A program made the position numbers and the translations under genes. Below the pieces are notes generated by a model that saw only the letters and a program-made list of their open reading frames with translations, had not been told where the DNA came from and searched no databases. This document shows positions 52,711 through 64,000 of a stretch of DNA of 64,000 nt, in pieces; the stretch's first letter is position 1; each line of letters starts with the position of its first letter. The stretch comes from Hyphochytrium catenoides (lineage: Eukaryota; Protista; Hyphochytriomycota): positions 1 to 64,000 of the forward strand of contig FLMG01003337.1 of the NCBI GenBank assembly GCA_900088475.1, read 5' to 3'.

Positions 52711-53862
52711 TCAGTCATCATCCACGTCACTCATATCCGACAGGTCACTGATGTCGTCTTGGTTGTCACTATCCATCTCCGAATCCTCCTCTGCCTTCAC
52801 CCCCTTCAGCTTGGGCTCGGCTTCCTCCTCCTTAAGATTCACTCTCCTTGAGGCATAGTTCTTCACGTACTCTGCAGTTGCGAAAGTAAGCCACAAGATC
52901 GTTTGCAGAGGGAAAAGAGTGACTCATCATTTAAAATGAGAATGTAAAGCTACCAACATCACCAAAAGATGCTTCTAAGGAGCTATGAGAGCTTGCCTTG
53001 GCAACAACACCCGCATCTAAACACCGATACACCAGGATGGAGCGCCAGAACAGGGAGGTAAAAGTTGAACCGGCATAGATGATCTTTTGATCTCCATTCG
53101 TACCTTTCACTTTGCGGTTATAAGCTTCTGGGTCCTTGAGTAGCATTCTTGCCGCCTCCCCGTTCAGAGGGTCGGAAGGGTTTGGGTAGCGCAGCAATTG
53201 TGGAAGAAAGTGGTCAAAGATGTTGAGAAGATCTGTGAAGCAGCTAGTTAGTCAGGCAAAAGAAGGGCTTACGAGCCATCAGCTTTTATGGCTTAATCTG
53301 GGAAGCTTTTGACGTACCAAACATTGGGCTCCACGTCTGGTTTATGACATCTAGACAAACAGAGCCAGATCTACGGAGAACCAATAAGATATTGATCCGG
53401 TCGCGCAAAGAAAGGAGAGCGTAGATTCAAAGTGACGGAAACTCTATAGAACGGTCACACATACTCGTCATCAACGTTGGGATGATAAAGCCGGTTAATG
53501 AAACCAATGGACGGAGACTTGAAAGGGTAATCCTTGGGCAGCGAGACGTGAATCTTCCACTGGCCGTCCTCGTAGGGAGCTGCATAGCAACAGGTAAGGT
53601 CAAACGTAACTTATCAATGGCGGGAATGTAGGGTTGAAACAATACGGATGACATACTCCCGCTAGGTCCATTGAACTTGACACAGAACTCTGTGAGAAGG
53701 GCTTCATTCGGGATGTGAACCTCGTAGTCGCTCATCATTCTGCATAATTAGCGACAAAAAAGAAAATAAAGGTCTAACGTCACGATATGCACTTGTGGGC
53801 AAGGGATCAACGTCGACTCACAGCTTCATGACGTCCTGCCTCTGTCGCTTGTTGGTCGTCAT
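52711..53862 (-). CDS. UBE2H: Ubiquitin-conjugating enzyme E2 H / Ubc8 class, multi-exon
   Basis: [79 protein letters not shown], and an acidic tail. Confidence 0.93.
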
Positions 53863-55194
53863 GTTTCCACTTTTCACTCAGCTAGCATCCACCTACAGCC
53901 TGCTCAACAAAGTTCTGCCGCACAAGATTAGGCAAGCGGCTTTCCCGCCTTTCTATGCAGGATGCTTCCCTATTGATGTGTCTCCAAAAGGACTAGCGAC
54001 AAGAAGCTTGAGCGGAGCTTGTGCGCAGAAAAATTTGCCAGGCGCGCCAAGCGGTTCTTCGCTCTCTTTATTGGGCTCTGCAATTGTGTGAATGACAGAC
54101 AGAGGCAAAAAAGTACTGTCAAGGCAAGCGTCAAGGTCTTTTCCCTCACTTCAGCCTGGACTACACTACCGCGCCTATTACTACAGAGACACATAGCCCG
54201 CTTAATAATACTTTGACCCAATTGGGGCTTATTGCCTATATCCGGCCGTAGTAATACAAAAAAGGCAAAGCGCTGAAGCTATGGAGTTCTGACAGGGGAA
54301 TGAAGGATTCATATTTATTTCAAAATTGAAAGAAACATTGTCAAGGTAAATGCTACCACTTTACTCATTCTTCCAGGTTTAGGGAATAGCTTTCCAGGGG
54401 TTAAGTTGTAAGGTAACTGCTGAGTATTATTACTACATCCTGCCAAGAGCATAGAGAAGCTACAACACTTCAAAGCCCTGTGTTATGTACCGTAGTAAGG
54501 CTTTGGGGTGAAAGAGGCAAAGATTCTTTGACAGAGCTTCTGACTGCTACGAAGCCCCTATATTACTACGCCACAACCGTGGGATTAAATGCATAACACT
54601 GAGGGTTCAACTTAGGCATACTACCACACAGAGCGGGGAGAAATTTCTTCTTGCTTGTTGTTCTCTTCCTTTAATTCTCTATGGGCACCTTTACCTTTCG
54701 CGTCCTGCCTTTGCCTGCGGCAGAGCTCTGTCACCACTTTGTTCCTACCAAGAGCGCTGAGGCCTGCAGAATAGCTTCAGGGTCTCAATCAGCGCAGATG
54801 TCCCAAGTTCACGGTGCCTTGCCTAAGTCAAACGGGCTTTCGCGAGGCTTGTAAAAAGCCAACCAGCAGTGTCTAGGTTTTTGATGGGGATAGGCATTCC
54901 GGATGTACTGAAGTCAAGGACTGGGCCAAATAAGAGAGGTAGAAAAGTATAGCAGAGCAAATATGCATGTACTTCTTCAGTGAGAAAAATGTTCCATGGC
55001 TCCTGTTATCTAGCTGTCATCTAGGTAGCAGTTGCTTTCGCTCCGAGCACTGGGTCCCAAGACTGTTCTTGCTATCTAAGTCTACGTGCAGACGAAATGA
55101 AAACACTAATCCAGACTTTGAAGAACGTATGCATTCGTCCTGGGTCTGCTACTCTACTTTGGAGCTCAAAACTCACTCTTGTTCGCTAGCAGAA

Positions 55195-56519
55195 TCACGA
55201 TCTCTCCTGCCGCAATTGCGCGTTCGTCTTTTTGGCATATTTCTCATGCGCCTTAATGTAAACTTCAGAATCCTGTGACGTTGGCTTGAAAGCGGGCCGC
55301 TCCCTTACAGCTTCCATGAGGGAGCGCAACCTTGGATAGCCTCCATGGTTAGATGGAAGCATCTCGAACTCCCTAAAGTGCTTCAGCGTTCGCTCAAATC
55401 TTTCCAAGATTGTGACGATTGATACGTCCGCAAGGGAGAGGCGCTCCCCCAAGAAGTAAGGTCCGTTCTTACTAGCCTGCTCGTACTTCTTATTGAGCCG
55501 TTCCAGCTCCTGGAAAACGCCTTCCTTGGCCTTTTCTTGTTCACCAAGGTCCGTAGTCCTATTAATGAGGCCTTGCGTTAGAGTCGAGTGAACGAGGTAT
55601 ACTAGAACTCGTCCGATCAAGAGCAAAGACTATGTGGAATACAGGGGAGGCCAATTGGATGTAATGATGGCCATAAGGAGGGAATACTTTCCACGATTGA
55701 CCGTATGTGGTTGAGGAGGGGTTGGTAGCAACAGAGCTAAGAAGAGTAGCAGACATATGAAGCGCTAAAGAATCAAGCCAAAGAGACGGACTTTATAAGA
55801 TTGAAGAGCAGTAGATCACTCGGAGAAAGACAAAGCGGCCTGGTAGATCAGCGAGTATCCGTACATGAGAAGGGTCAGAAAGGGCTTCGCCTCAACCTTG
55901 GAGATGAACTCCCGAACTAGTGCCCTCTCCCATGGGTCTGTGGGCATGAGAGGAGTACCCTGATCTGGGAATCGCTCGTGAACGTACTCAGCGACGTTGA
56001 TGGATTCAAAGACGGGCTTGCCATGATCGTAGAGGCAAGGCGTAGAGCCATAAGGATTCACCTCCCTTTGGTACCAATCGGGCTTCGTGGCACCAAGGTC
56101 GATGTGAATATAGTCAAAGTCCACCTCCTTCTCAAGCAAACTCCACCAGGCGCGGTGAGCGAAGGGGCATGTGCGATTGCCAAAGAACTTAATGCCCTCA
56201 TGCAGATCGGGGGTGTGATCGACACTGAAGAGATCGCGGTGAGGTGATGTTAGCTACTGGCCCCAAAAAAGCAATGTAGGGGGTAAAGAAGGGTTTCCAT
56301 GTGCAGACATCTAACAAAGACCAACCCTGCTTGGTTGAAGGTTCCCAAGCCTAAGTAAACTTACATTCTGCCCTCTGGACCTTTCTGTTCGCTCATCGTA
56401 TGGCGATAAGAAGCGAAAGCGTCTCGTTTGCTTGAGCTGCTTGAAGAAGTAACTCTGACGACGGAGAGCTCTCGTGTCGATAAGACTACTGGTCGGATGA
56501 GCTTTAGATAGCGCTGCAT
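55195..56519 (-). CDS. Omega-class-like glutathione S-transferase, copy 1 (3 exons)
   Basis: NRTCPFAHRAWWSLLEK, KPDWY..VNPYGSTPCL, VFESINVAEY, GPYFLGERLSLADVSI. There are two in-frame ATGs (56519 and 56396). Confidence 0.88.
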
Positions 56520-57430
56520 ACACTGAAAGGAACGTCAACGCAGACGCAACTACCGCAAAGAATGGGTTCAAATGACCAACAATACAATCCCCTACAACCG
56601 TAAAAGCTGTAGGTCGTGAGACTCATACAAACATTATCTAGCCAGTCTGCACTTCACCTGTTCTATCACTCGAGCTTCATCAGCCGCTGCAGCAGGAAGC
56701 TGAGACTATTGTAGTAGGTTCTGTATGACCACTGTGAAAGAAGAAGAGCTCCTACAATGATTAGATGAAGCTATGGCAAAAAGGAGTTAAGGAAGTCTGC
56801 TGTACGAGTAGGCTGTACGATGGAATAATCGCAGCTGTTCTTATCACCCTTGGAAAGATTCTCTTCTTACTACTCCCTGAAGTGTGTGTCCCCGCCATAC
56901 CGCGGCCAAAGATATGAGGTCGTACTATTACAGAACCTAGTTTGACACTATCGCTGGTTCATAATAATCAGTGAACATCTCATCCTGCATCATCCTCTGG
57001 ACGACCGAAAAGTCACTGCGACAGAATGAGCTCATCAAGAAACTCAGATATAGACTCTCATCATCATGATCAGATAGAGGGACGGGCCATTCATTGCTTT
57101 GCTCCCAAAGCCACTGTCAACCTTTACTTCCTGCAATCGTCCCTGTCATCCAGGGTAGAGCCAAACATTCAATGCAATTGAGGCTTGTCGTATTTATAAA
57201 GCTAAGTTACCTATATTATCAATGACACAGTCGCTAACTTCTTATCAATCCTCATCACTTCCCAGTGGCTGAAGGACGGCGTGAGCAATCGTCCCTCCGT
57301 CGCCGTCGTAGACTCGTACCCCCAGGAACCACAGCTCTGGCTAATCCCTACGCTGCCGAGCAACTAGAAGGTAACGCACACTTGGTTGCGGCCTGCTCTC
57401 ACACTTGGCAGGCCCTAGGTTGGTGGGCTA

Positions 57431-58822
57431 CTACAGCTGTGCTCGGAGCTCCTTGTTGGTCTTCTGGGCGTAGCCAACATAACCTTGAATGAAAAACTCA
57501 GCTGTTTGAGTGGTAGCCCTAAACGCCGATCTGGTATTTGCTGTCTCCAGCGCACCACGAAGTCGGGCAACCTTGGAATCTCCTTCGGGCAGAATGTCGA
57601 AGTCCCGATAATGGGAAAGTATTTTGTCCATACGGTCTAAGAATGGAATGATTGCGATATCCGCCAGCGAAAGACTCTCCCCAAGAAAGTAAGGTCCGCT
57701 CTTGCTGCCTTTGGAGTATCTTGCATTTAGCTTCTCCAATTCCTCGCGGAGCTTTGTCTTGAGAGTCTCCTGCTCCTGGAAATCGGTGCATCTGAAAATA
57801 GCAGAATATGTGAGATAATAACCAGATGAGATGAGGAAGGCACTGACAAGGTAAAGGCCAAGAGGCTAATAAATAGACGCAGAAACAGGAGGGCCGAGGT
57901 GAAGAAGGCTCCTCTTCCATCTATAGGAACGGGTCAAGTCGGGAGCGCAACGGTTTGTGGCAACACATGAGAAACATGACAGCTGAATTGGCAACCTCAG
58001 GAGAGTATAGAAGAGCCCAATCTCTATTTTTGAGGTAAATTCTCTAACTAGCGCCCTCTCCCATGGATCCTTAGGCATAAGTTGGGTGCCTTGGTCTGGG
58101 TACTTGTCCTCAAGGTATTCTGCCACGTTCAGCGATTCAAAAACGGGTTTTCCATTGTCGTAGATGCAAGGCACTGTTCCGTAGCTGTTGACATCGTCAA
58201 CATACCATTGGGGCTTTCCCGTTCCCAGGTCAATGTGAATGTAATCTGCTTCTAGACCCTTCTCAAGAAGAGACCACCATGCACGATGCCCAAAAGGGCA
58301 TACTCTATTGTTGAAGAATTTTCTGCCTTCATAAAGGTCACTAGGAGTTTTGTCGACCCTTCATAACAGAATGAGAAAGACCATTATTAGGACAGCAGTA
58401 ATAGGGACTGGCATCGCGGCGAATACCGCTCCCACAAGAAGCATACTTAGAGAACAGCGCACGCAACAACAATCAAGAGTTAGTCGGTACGGCAATTCCT
58501 CTTTCTTACAACCCACTATATAGTCGCAACTTCCCCGAATGCGCCGGGTCAACAGCGACACCTACCTGCGACCTTCCGGTCCCATCTGCTCAAAGTTTGC
58601 GCCGATCATGCTTCTGGCCGTAGTACTGTTGGATAGCTCCCTCCTGAATGGAACAACAAGCTGTCCGACAGAAGAATATGGCGTCTTCCAGACCGCACAA
58701 ATGAGACGTTGCTCCCTTCTTGCTGGCCGACAGAGACCTCCACTACCAGATAACAGCGCTCCTCTTGCCAAACTTCTGACAATCAAGTCTGGACGGCGCA
58801 GGCTGCTGCCAAAGGAGGGCAT
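57431..58822 (-). CDS. Omega-class-like glutathione S-transferase, copy 2 (3 exons)
   Basis: NRVCPFGHRAWWSLLEK, GTVPCI, VFESLNVAEYL, GPYFLGESLSLADIAIIPFLDR. Intron positions match copy 1, and there are in-frame ATGs at 58822 and 58609. Confidence 0.88.
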
Positions 58823-59003
58823 CCTTCTTCCCTTGATGAGCTATGATGATGTGTGCTAGCACCTTCCTAGTTTTATTAGAAGAAAAGATAGGAGAATAAT
58901 GATGTCAGATGGTGGAAGGTCATGGAACTATGAGAACCCTCATCCCAAGCCGTCAACACAGGAGAATTCGTCACAAACTCTTCGTTGAAAAAAGCAAAAG
59001 AGA

Positions 59004-59076
59004 TACTCCAGGTGGGATTCGAACCCACGATCTCCTCCTTAGGAGGGAGGCGCCTTATCCACTGGGCCACAGGAGC
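59004..59076 (-). tRNA. tRNA-Arg(CCT)
   Basis: GCTCCTGTGGCCCAGTGGATAAGGCGCCTCCCTCCTAAGGAGGAGATCGTGGGTTCGAATCCCACCTGGAGTA forms a cloverleaf with anticodon loop CT-CCT-AA and a downstream T-run terminator. Confidence 0.95.
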
Positions 59077-59162
59077 TCAGACGATGTAATATCAGCTCAA
59101 TGAGGATCTATATACCCTCGTTACATCTGCGGGTCCTTCTGCTCCTGCTCGAAACAAAAACA

Positions 59163-59235
59163 TACTCCAGGTGGGATTCGAACCCACGATCTCCTCCTTA
59201 GGAGGGAGGCGCCTTATCCACTGGGCCACAGGAGC
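59163..59235 (-). tRNA. tRNA-Arg(CCT), identical second copy
   Basis: Same 73-nt sequence, followed by TTTTT. Confidence 0.95.
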
Positions 59236-59644
59236 GAGATTTTGCCGGTTTTTTTGCGACACGACCTATAATTCATCATGGCATCCTACTGTACAGAGTA
59301 CAGCTAACGGTAGTCTAGACAACCGACTTACCTTACTGACCCTACGACTCGTACTACTTGAACAAGATTCTGATCTCGGCGAACTACAAACTATTTCCTC
59401 AAATACTGCAGCATGCACTGTGTTATTCTTAGAAGGTTGAGAACAGACGTTTCTTGCGCTCTGTCAATCAGCTTGGATCTTTCTCTTGTAGAACTAGAAG
59501 ATGGCCATAATAAGAGAAGAGTTGGTGCTTCTCAACTTCTCAATCAACGCTTCCTTTGACCGCAGACTAACACCCTGCTCAACGTCGCCATCGTCATCCT
59601 TTTAGCCTCATCCACACCATAATAGTGCTGGTTAGAGAACAGAC

Positions 59645-60990
59645 ATGAAGCTGCCCTGGCAGGGTAGTAGCGATGATGCACAATCACAAAACGGAAGGAG
59701 GAGTGACCTATCGTCTTCTGGAAGTGACGATAAAAACCGCAGCGAGGATGAGAGACAAGGATCCACGCTGAGCCTACATCCTAACGGCCCATCTGCAACA
59801 GGACAAGCCGGTTCAAATCTACCTCCGCGGTACTGTCCTGTCTGCGTTGATGATGGTTCTGTTAATGCTTATTCTTGCTTTGGCCTTTAACAGCTACTTA
59901 CTACCTTGTACCTTTCCCCCATCACTGTTCTGACACAGCATCCCACAACCCAGGTCTGGTCTAGCAAGGCTACTTTTACCAGAACAAGACAATGGACGTC
60001 CAGAGTACCTGGATGACAAAGATCGCGGCAGGATGCTAGCCTTTCGCCAGTCCGTCTACGTGGCGGGCATAGAAGGCTTTCTATATGGAATGCTTGCTGG
60101 TTCGGTTATCTACTCCGTCAATAGTAAGGCAGATTGACTGCTTTGGAGTGTTCGTCCCTCGCATTAATGGAAGTACCCCCCTACCGCATGGCTCCATTCG
60201 TGCACCGCTTGTCACGCGGGCATTTGTGGTCTCTTTAGCCAAGTACTCCCGTTACATGCCTTACAAGATTCCCAGAACAAGCTCACACGCCATGCTTGTA
60301 ATCCTGTGTAAGTGGAGGTTTATCTTTTTCCTGTGTGCTGATCTGTCCTTATGGCCTCCCAGAGGTCGGAACTCGCTTTGAAGATAAATTTTCAATGGTT
60401 GCAAGGCCCACTTCATCTGCACCAAGTGTTCTCTCCATTTCGCGAGATTCTTGGTTAGCTTGCCCCTATCAGCTTGCCTTGTTTTATACTGAATGCGCCC
60501 ATCTGTGCCTGGGGTGTCGACGTGCTTACCCTGCTATAATTGTAGTGGCGGGCTCAGCAGGATCATTCTTTAACTCTCTTTTGGCGGGCAGAAGGAACAT
60601 TTCTACCATCGACTACAGTGAGTACACCTCGACAGCAACCGTCTGGCCCTACTACCGTCTCAGCCATTGATATTTCCCCTAGTGCATCAGTCTACTACAC
60701 GTCGTCCTGCTTCACTTTGGTGTGCTCAATCCTACCTCCTGGCGTCCCTCTTAGCGCTCCTGGACCCTCCGATCAGAGCACAGGGCATCTCTTGGCACTT
60801 CTACTAACTACCAACCCTCTTAATGTCCACTCTCTCTGGCTCTCTAGTATTCGAAAAGAACCGGAGGCCACCTCCCGCAAGCAGGTACAGTCAGCTCCGC
60901 TTGGAATCGCAGCATAGGCTGCCTGCCGCACCATCCGTCCCGCAACAAAGAGGAGATTGGCATGATGACGATGAAGAGGAAGACTACTAG
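59645..60990 (+). CDS. Small unknown membrane protein (two hydrophobic segments), multi-exon
   Basis: Exons give ...GRMLAFRQSVYVAGIEGFLYGMLAGSVIYSVN..., HAMLVIL.AGSAGSFFNSLLAG and an acidic end HDDDEEEDY*. Confidence 0.55.
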
Positions 60991-61206
60991 CGGTCACATG
61001 CCGACCTGATTCTGATAGCCAATTGGCAGAGGAGTAAGCTAACCGATGCCATCCCTTAAGAAAGTCGACGTGAAAATAGTAGCGATAGGCGATAAAATGC
61101 AGGAAGCAAAGCAACTCGTATTTCACTATTTACATAGCAGTCTGCGATGAGTCCCAGACTAGGGAATGGGGAAAGAAAGGAAGTCGAGAAAGAGTGCCTA
61201 CAAAGG

Positions 61207-63451
61207 TCACCAGCTTCCTCCAGCACCGCCCCCTCCCACACTACTTCCTCCTCCAAAGCCGCTGAATCGGGCCCCATTTCCTCCTGAAGCCGCGCCGTTT
61301 GCTGGATTCCTTGCTAGGAAGCTCGGATCATTGATGAGACTGCCAGTATAATCCCCGCGAGACCAAGACCGAATGAGTTCCGTAGTAATAAAATCAGGAT
61401 ACATACGGCGTAGCATTTCTAACCGGAACATATTCTCCGCTGCTCTCCTCTCTTCCTGCCGTCTCCTCTCCTCGTCTTCTCTTATCTCCTCTTCTGTCTG
61501 AGGAGCCGGTGCTGCCATGCTATCTCGTTCTCCCGCTGCACTCTTCTCAGTATGGCTTCGCCTCTCATTGCTTCTATGGCGATTACGAAGTGTGGACGGT
61601 GCTTCGGTAGGCTCTATCCCTCCTGTCGCAGGCGGGAGAGGACGTTCTCGTGTGGTTCTACTTTGAGGTTCTTGATCATCATCGCCCTTGTCCTCGCCTG
61701 TGTCCCTACAGATTGGACACATCACCTTCTTGTCCAGCCAGGACATGATGCATTCTTTGCAAAAGCGATGGCCTAGAGAGATGTTGCGATAAGCTCGGGA
61801 TTGAAAACGTGATACAGCTCAAGGCGGCTTATGTTCTGGACATTGGATTGATCACACGCAGATATAAGGTACATCACAAGGCGAGGTAGGTATTATACCC
61901 AAGACGGAGTCAAGATGGACGGGAGAGGAATGGACAATAATGAAAGAACAAATAAAGTTGAAAGGTAAGTTCCCAAGGTAAGGTGGATCGATAAATCCCA
62001 AGCAAGGAAAATGGCATCCCGGCTAACGCTACCAAACTTGTCTAGCTTACCACATCGAAGGGTAATAGTGTCCTTGGAGGGCTCCGCTGCTTGGGCATCT
62101 TTGGGCCTCAAGGACCCTGTAACCCACGCCTTCATTTTTGATAACTTACTCGGTCCACCGGGCTTCTTCGATGTCTGCCCAATCAGCTTTTGTTCCTCAC
62201 CATCCCCCTCTAGATCCGGGCTCCTTTGTCCTTCCTTCTTGGACTGATTGATCTCGCTGGCAGATGGAGAAGCGACTGAGGCTTCTGCCTCCTGCTCCTT
62301 GTCTGAGCCTTCTTCGAAGTCTTCTAGACATATGGGGCAGCTCTTCGACTCATAGCGCTGATTGTTCTGATTCTCTTTTTCCTTGTCTATTCTCATCAGC
62401 TTCTTCTTGCAATCGTTAAAACGCCGTCTCTTCTTATAATCTCCGTAGATACCGTAAGCGAAAACAGCTAGGAAGAAGGTGATGATTGCTGCTTCAACGT
62501 AAAAATCCTCTTCGTAGGCTAGCGAATGGCCCTGAAGAACATACCTACGAAGGCAATTGTATAGTCAACAAACAGGATGTGCATAGTCAGGATACAATGA
62601 GGCCCTTCTTCCTCAACAGAGGCATCCATCTATATATGTATCCAGTTCCGCCCACATCGCAATCTACTTCTTGACACCTACAGCTGTTTTGTCCGCTAGG
62701 CCTTCAAGCCATATTCTGGCATATCTTCTCCAACTATTCTTTGGAGAACACTGCCATCACGACAAAGAGAAGGACCAGTACTTACTGAATGTCCAGCGCA
62801 GCCTGAAGTAGTGCTTCATCATACTCTCCATTGCGTAGCGGCTCCTTCATCCTTTCGATGATCGCTGAAGCGTTGGCATCGGTCAAGATGCCCATGACAC
62901 CGGCTCCTGTGGATATATACATGACCCGATCGTGCATAGAGATGGCTAGTACGATCCCCGTCAGTTCCTCTTTATCGCCAACCCCCCAACTGTCATGGAG
63001 GTATCGGGCAAAATCTTGGATCTGGTCTCGCTCATGAACTCCGCTCTCTAGCTGCATCTTGCCCATTATTGCGAAAGCAACTTCATAAGGGGCGCGGCGT
63101 CCTGTCAGAATAAAGTCAGAACATCTTCTATAGTGAGACGGGAACAAACAACTACAACACTCCACCTATTTCGTCCCCATTGTTACGAGGGAACTCGGTA
63201 ATGTTGGTCAGCACAAGGTCAATCGCATCTGCCGCTCGATCGGAGAGGATCTGATCGGGATCACAAAGTAGAGACGGTTTCCCTCCTCGTCCACATCGAT
63301 CAAGATCAACTTGCGGGTTGGGATAGTCTATAGGAAGCCATCCAGTCCTCCGTACAGCGCTAATCCAGCCTGGTCCACTAGAGACAAAGAGCAACCCTAG
63401 GAGGACAAGCGCCAAGCTCGTCCTTCGTCTGAGGTGCAGATCGATGTTCAT
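61207..63451 (-). CDS. TPM (DUF477/MOLO-1-like) domain - transmembrane helix - RING-HC finger protein
   Basis: Signal peptide, YPNPQVDLDRCGR..SLLCDPDQILS, FARYLHDSWGVGD..GIVLAISMHDR.MYISTG, TM segment AAIITFFLAVFAYGIY, CPIC...CGHRFCKEC...CPIC, and a Gly-rich tail FGGGSSVGGGGAGGSW*. Confidence 0.82.
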
Positions 63452-64000
63452 TCCTAGACACGACCTTACAAGATCATAGACCACGAGGAGACAGATCTCT
63501 CACTTTCACTTGTAAAGAGTAATAAGGACGGCAGAGTGCTATTGCTAGGCCAGATCGGAGTGGTGGATCACAACGAGCCTTCGAAAGCTGATGTGACCCT
63601 GATCCCAGTATCATCGGATTCTGATCTGACCTGGTCTCACTGACGATGGGGGCGGATTGTACAGCACTTCCTCCTTCAGAACTGTAGAACTACCAGGCCC
63701 TATTCTTCCACGTGGATCTCCTCCTGCTGGGTAGAAAAACGAAAAACAGAGTGTGGGACATTTGTCTCACTCTTCAATCGTCATGGTCATCATGATGCCG
63801 TATAGAGGAACACTATTCTAAATAAGGCTCTAAAGTGTTGTGAATACAGGAGTATACTGTATCATGTACGCTACTGTAACAAGGAGCCAGCACATTGTTG
63901 CGTGACCAGGTACAAGGTTAGTACTTGTACAGTACTTGTAGGACAAACTTCAATCAGAACGCATGCATGATTTCGTTGTTGGTCTGTACAAGTATTGGGG

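Noticed and set aside
56965-57075. C/D box snoRNA-like arrangement (ATGATGA..CTGA..TGATGA..CTGA, minus strand) between the GSTs
   Set aside because: I could not identify an rRNA-complementary guide or a terminal stem, and the box spacing is atypical. It would need snoscan or small-RNA data.

Overview
Compact, intron-rich eukaryotic genomic DNA, not prokaryotic. Introns are mostly 50-350 nt, the genetic code is standard, and the gene set suggests a protist, possibly a stramenopile (inference only). About 17 spliced protein-coding genes can be assembled: apyrase, GH5 glucosylceramidase-like enzyme, stand-alone glutamate 5-kinase, SmD3, DUSP11-like phosphatase, a PSW-repeat protein, DIS3-like exoribonuclease, an unknown coiled-coil protein, GCP4, XPB, PUS7/TruD, RACK1, a secreted Frizzled-CRD-like protein, UBE2H, two tandem omega-type GSTs, a small membrane protein and a TPM-RING fusion. 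There are also two identical tRNA-Arg(CCT) genes, a decayed retroelement-like fragment at the left end and a 50-N gap. Most striking: (1) a textbook minor-spliceosome (U12-type) AT-AC intron in SmD3 and a probable GT-AG U12-type intron in XPB; (2) a complete legume (L-type) lectin-like domain inserted inside GCP4; (3) a TPM-TM-RING fusion; (4) a protein with a cortactin-like DWET N-terminus and seven [KR]PSW repeats. Gene coordinates are start-to-stop spans including introns, assembled by eye.
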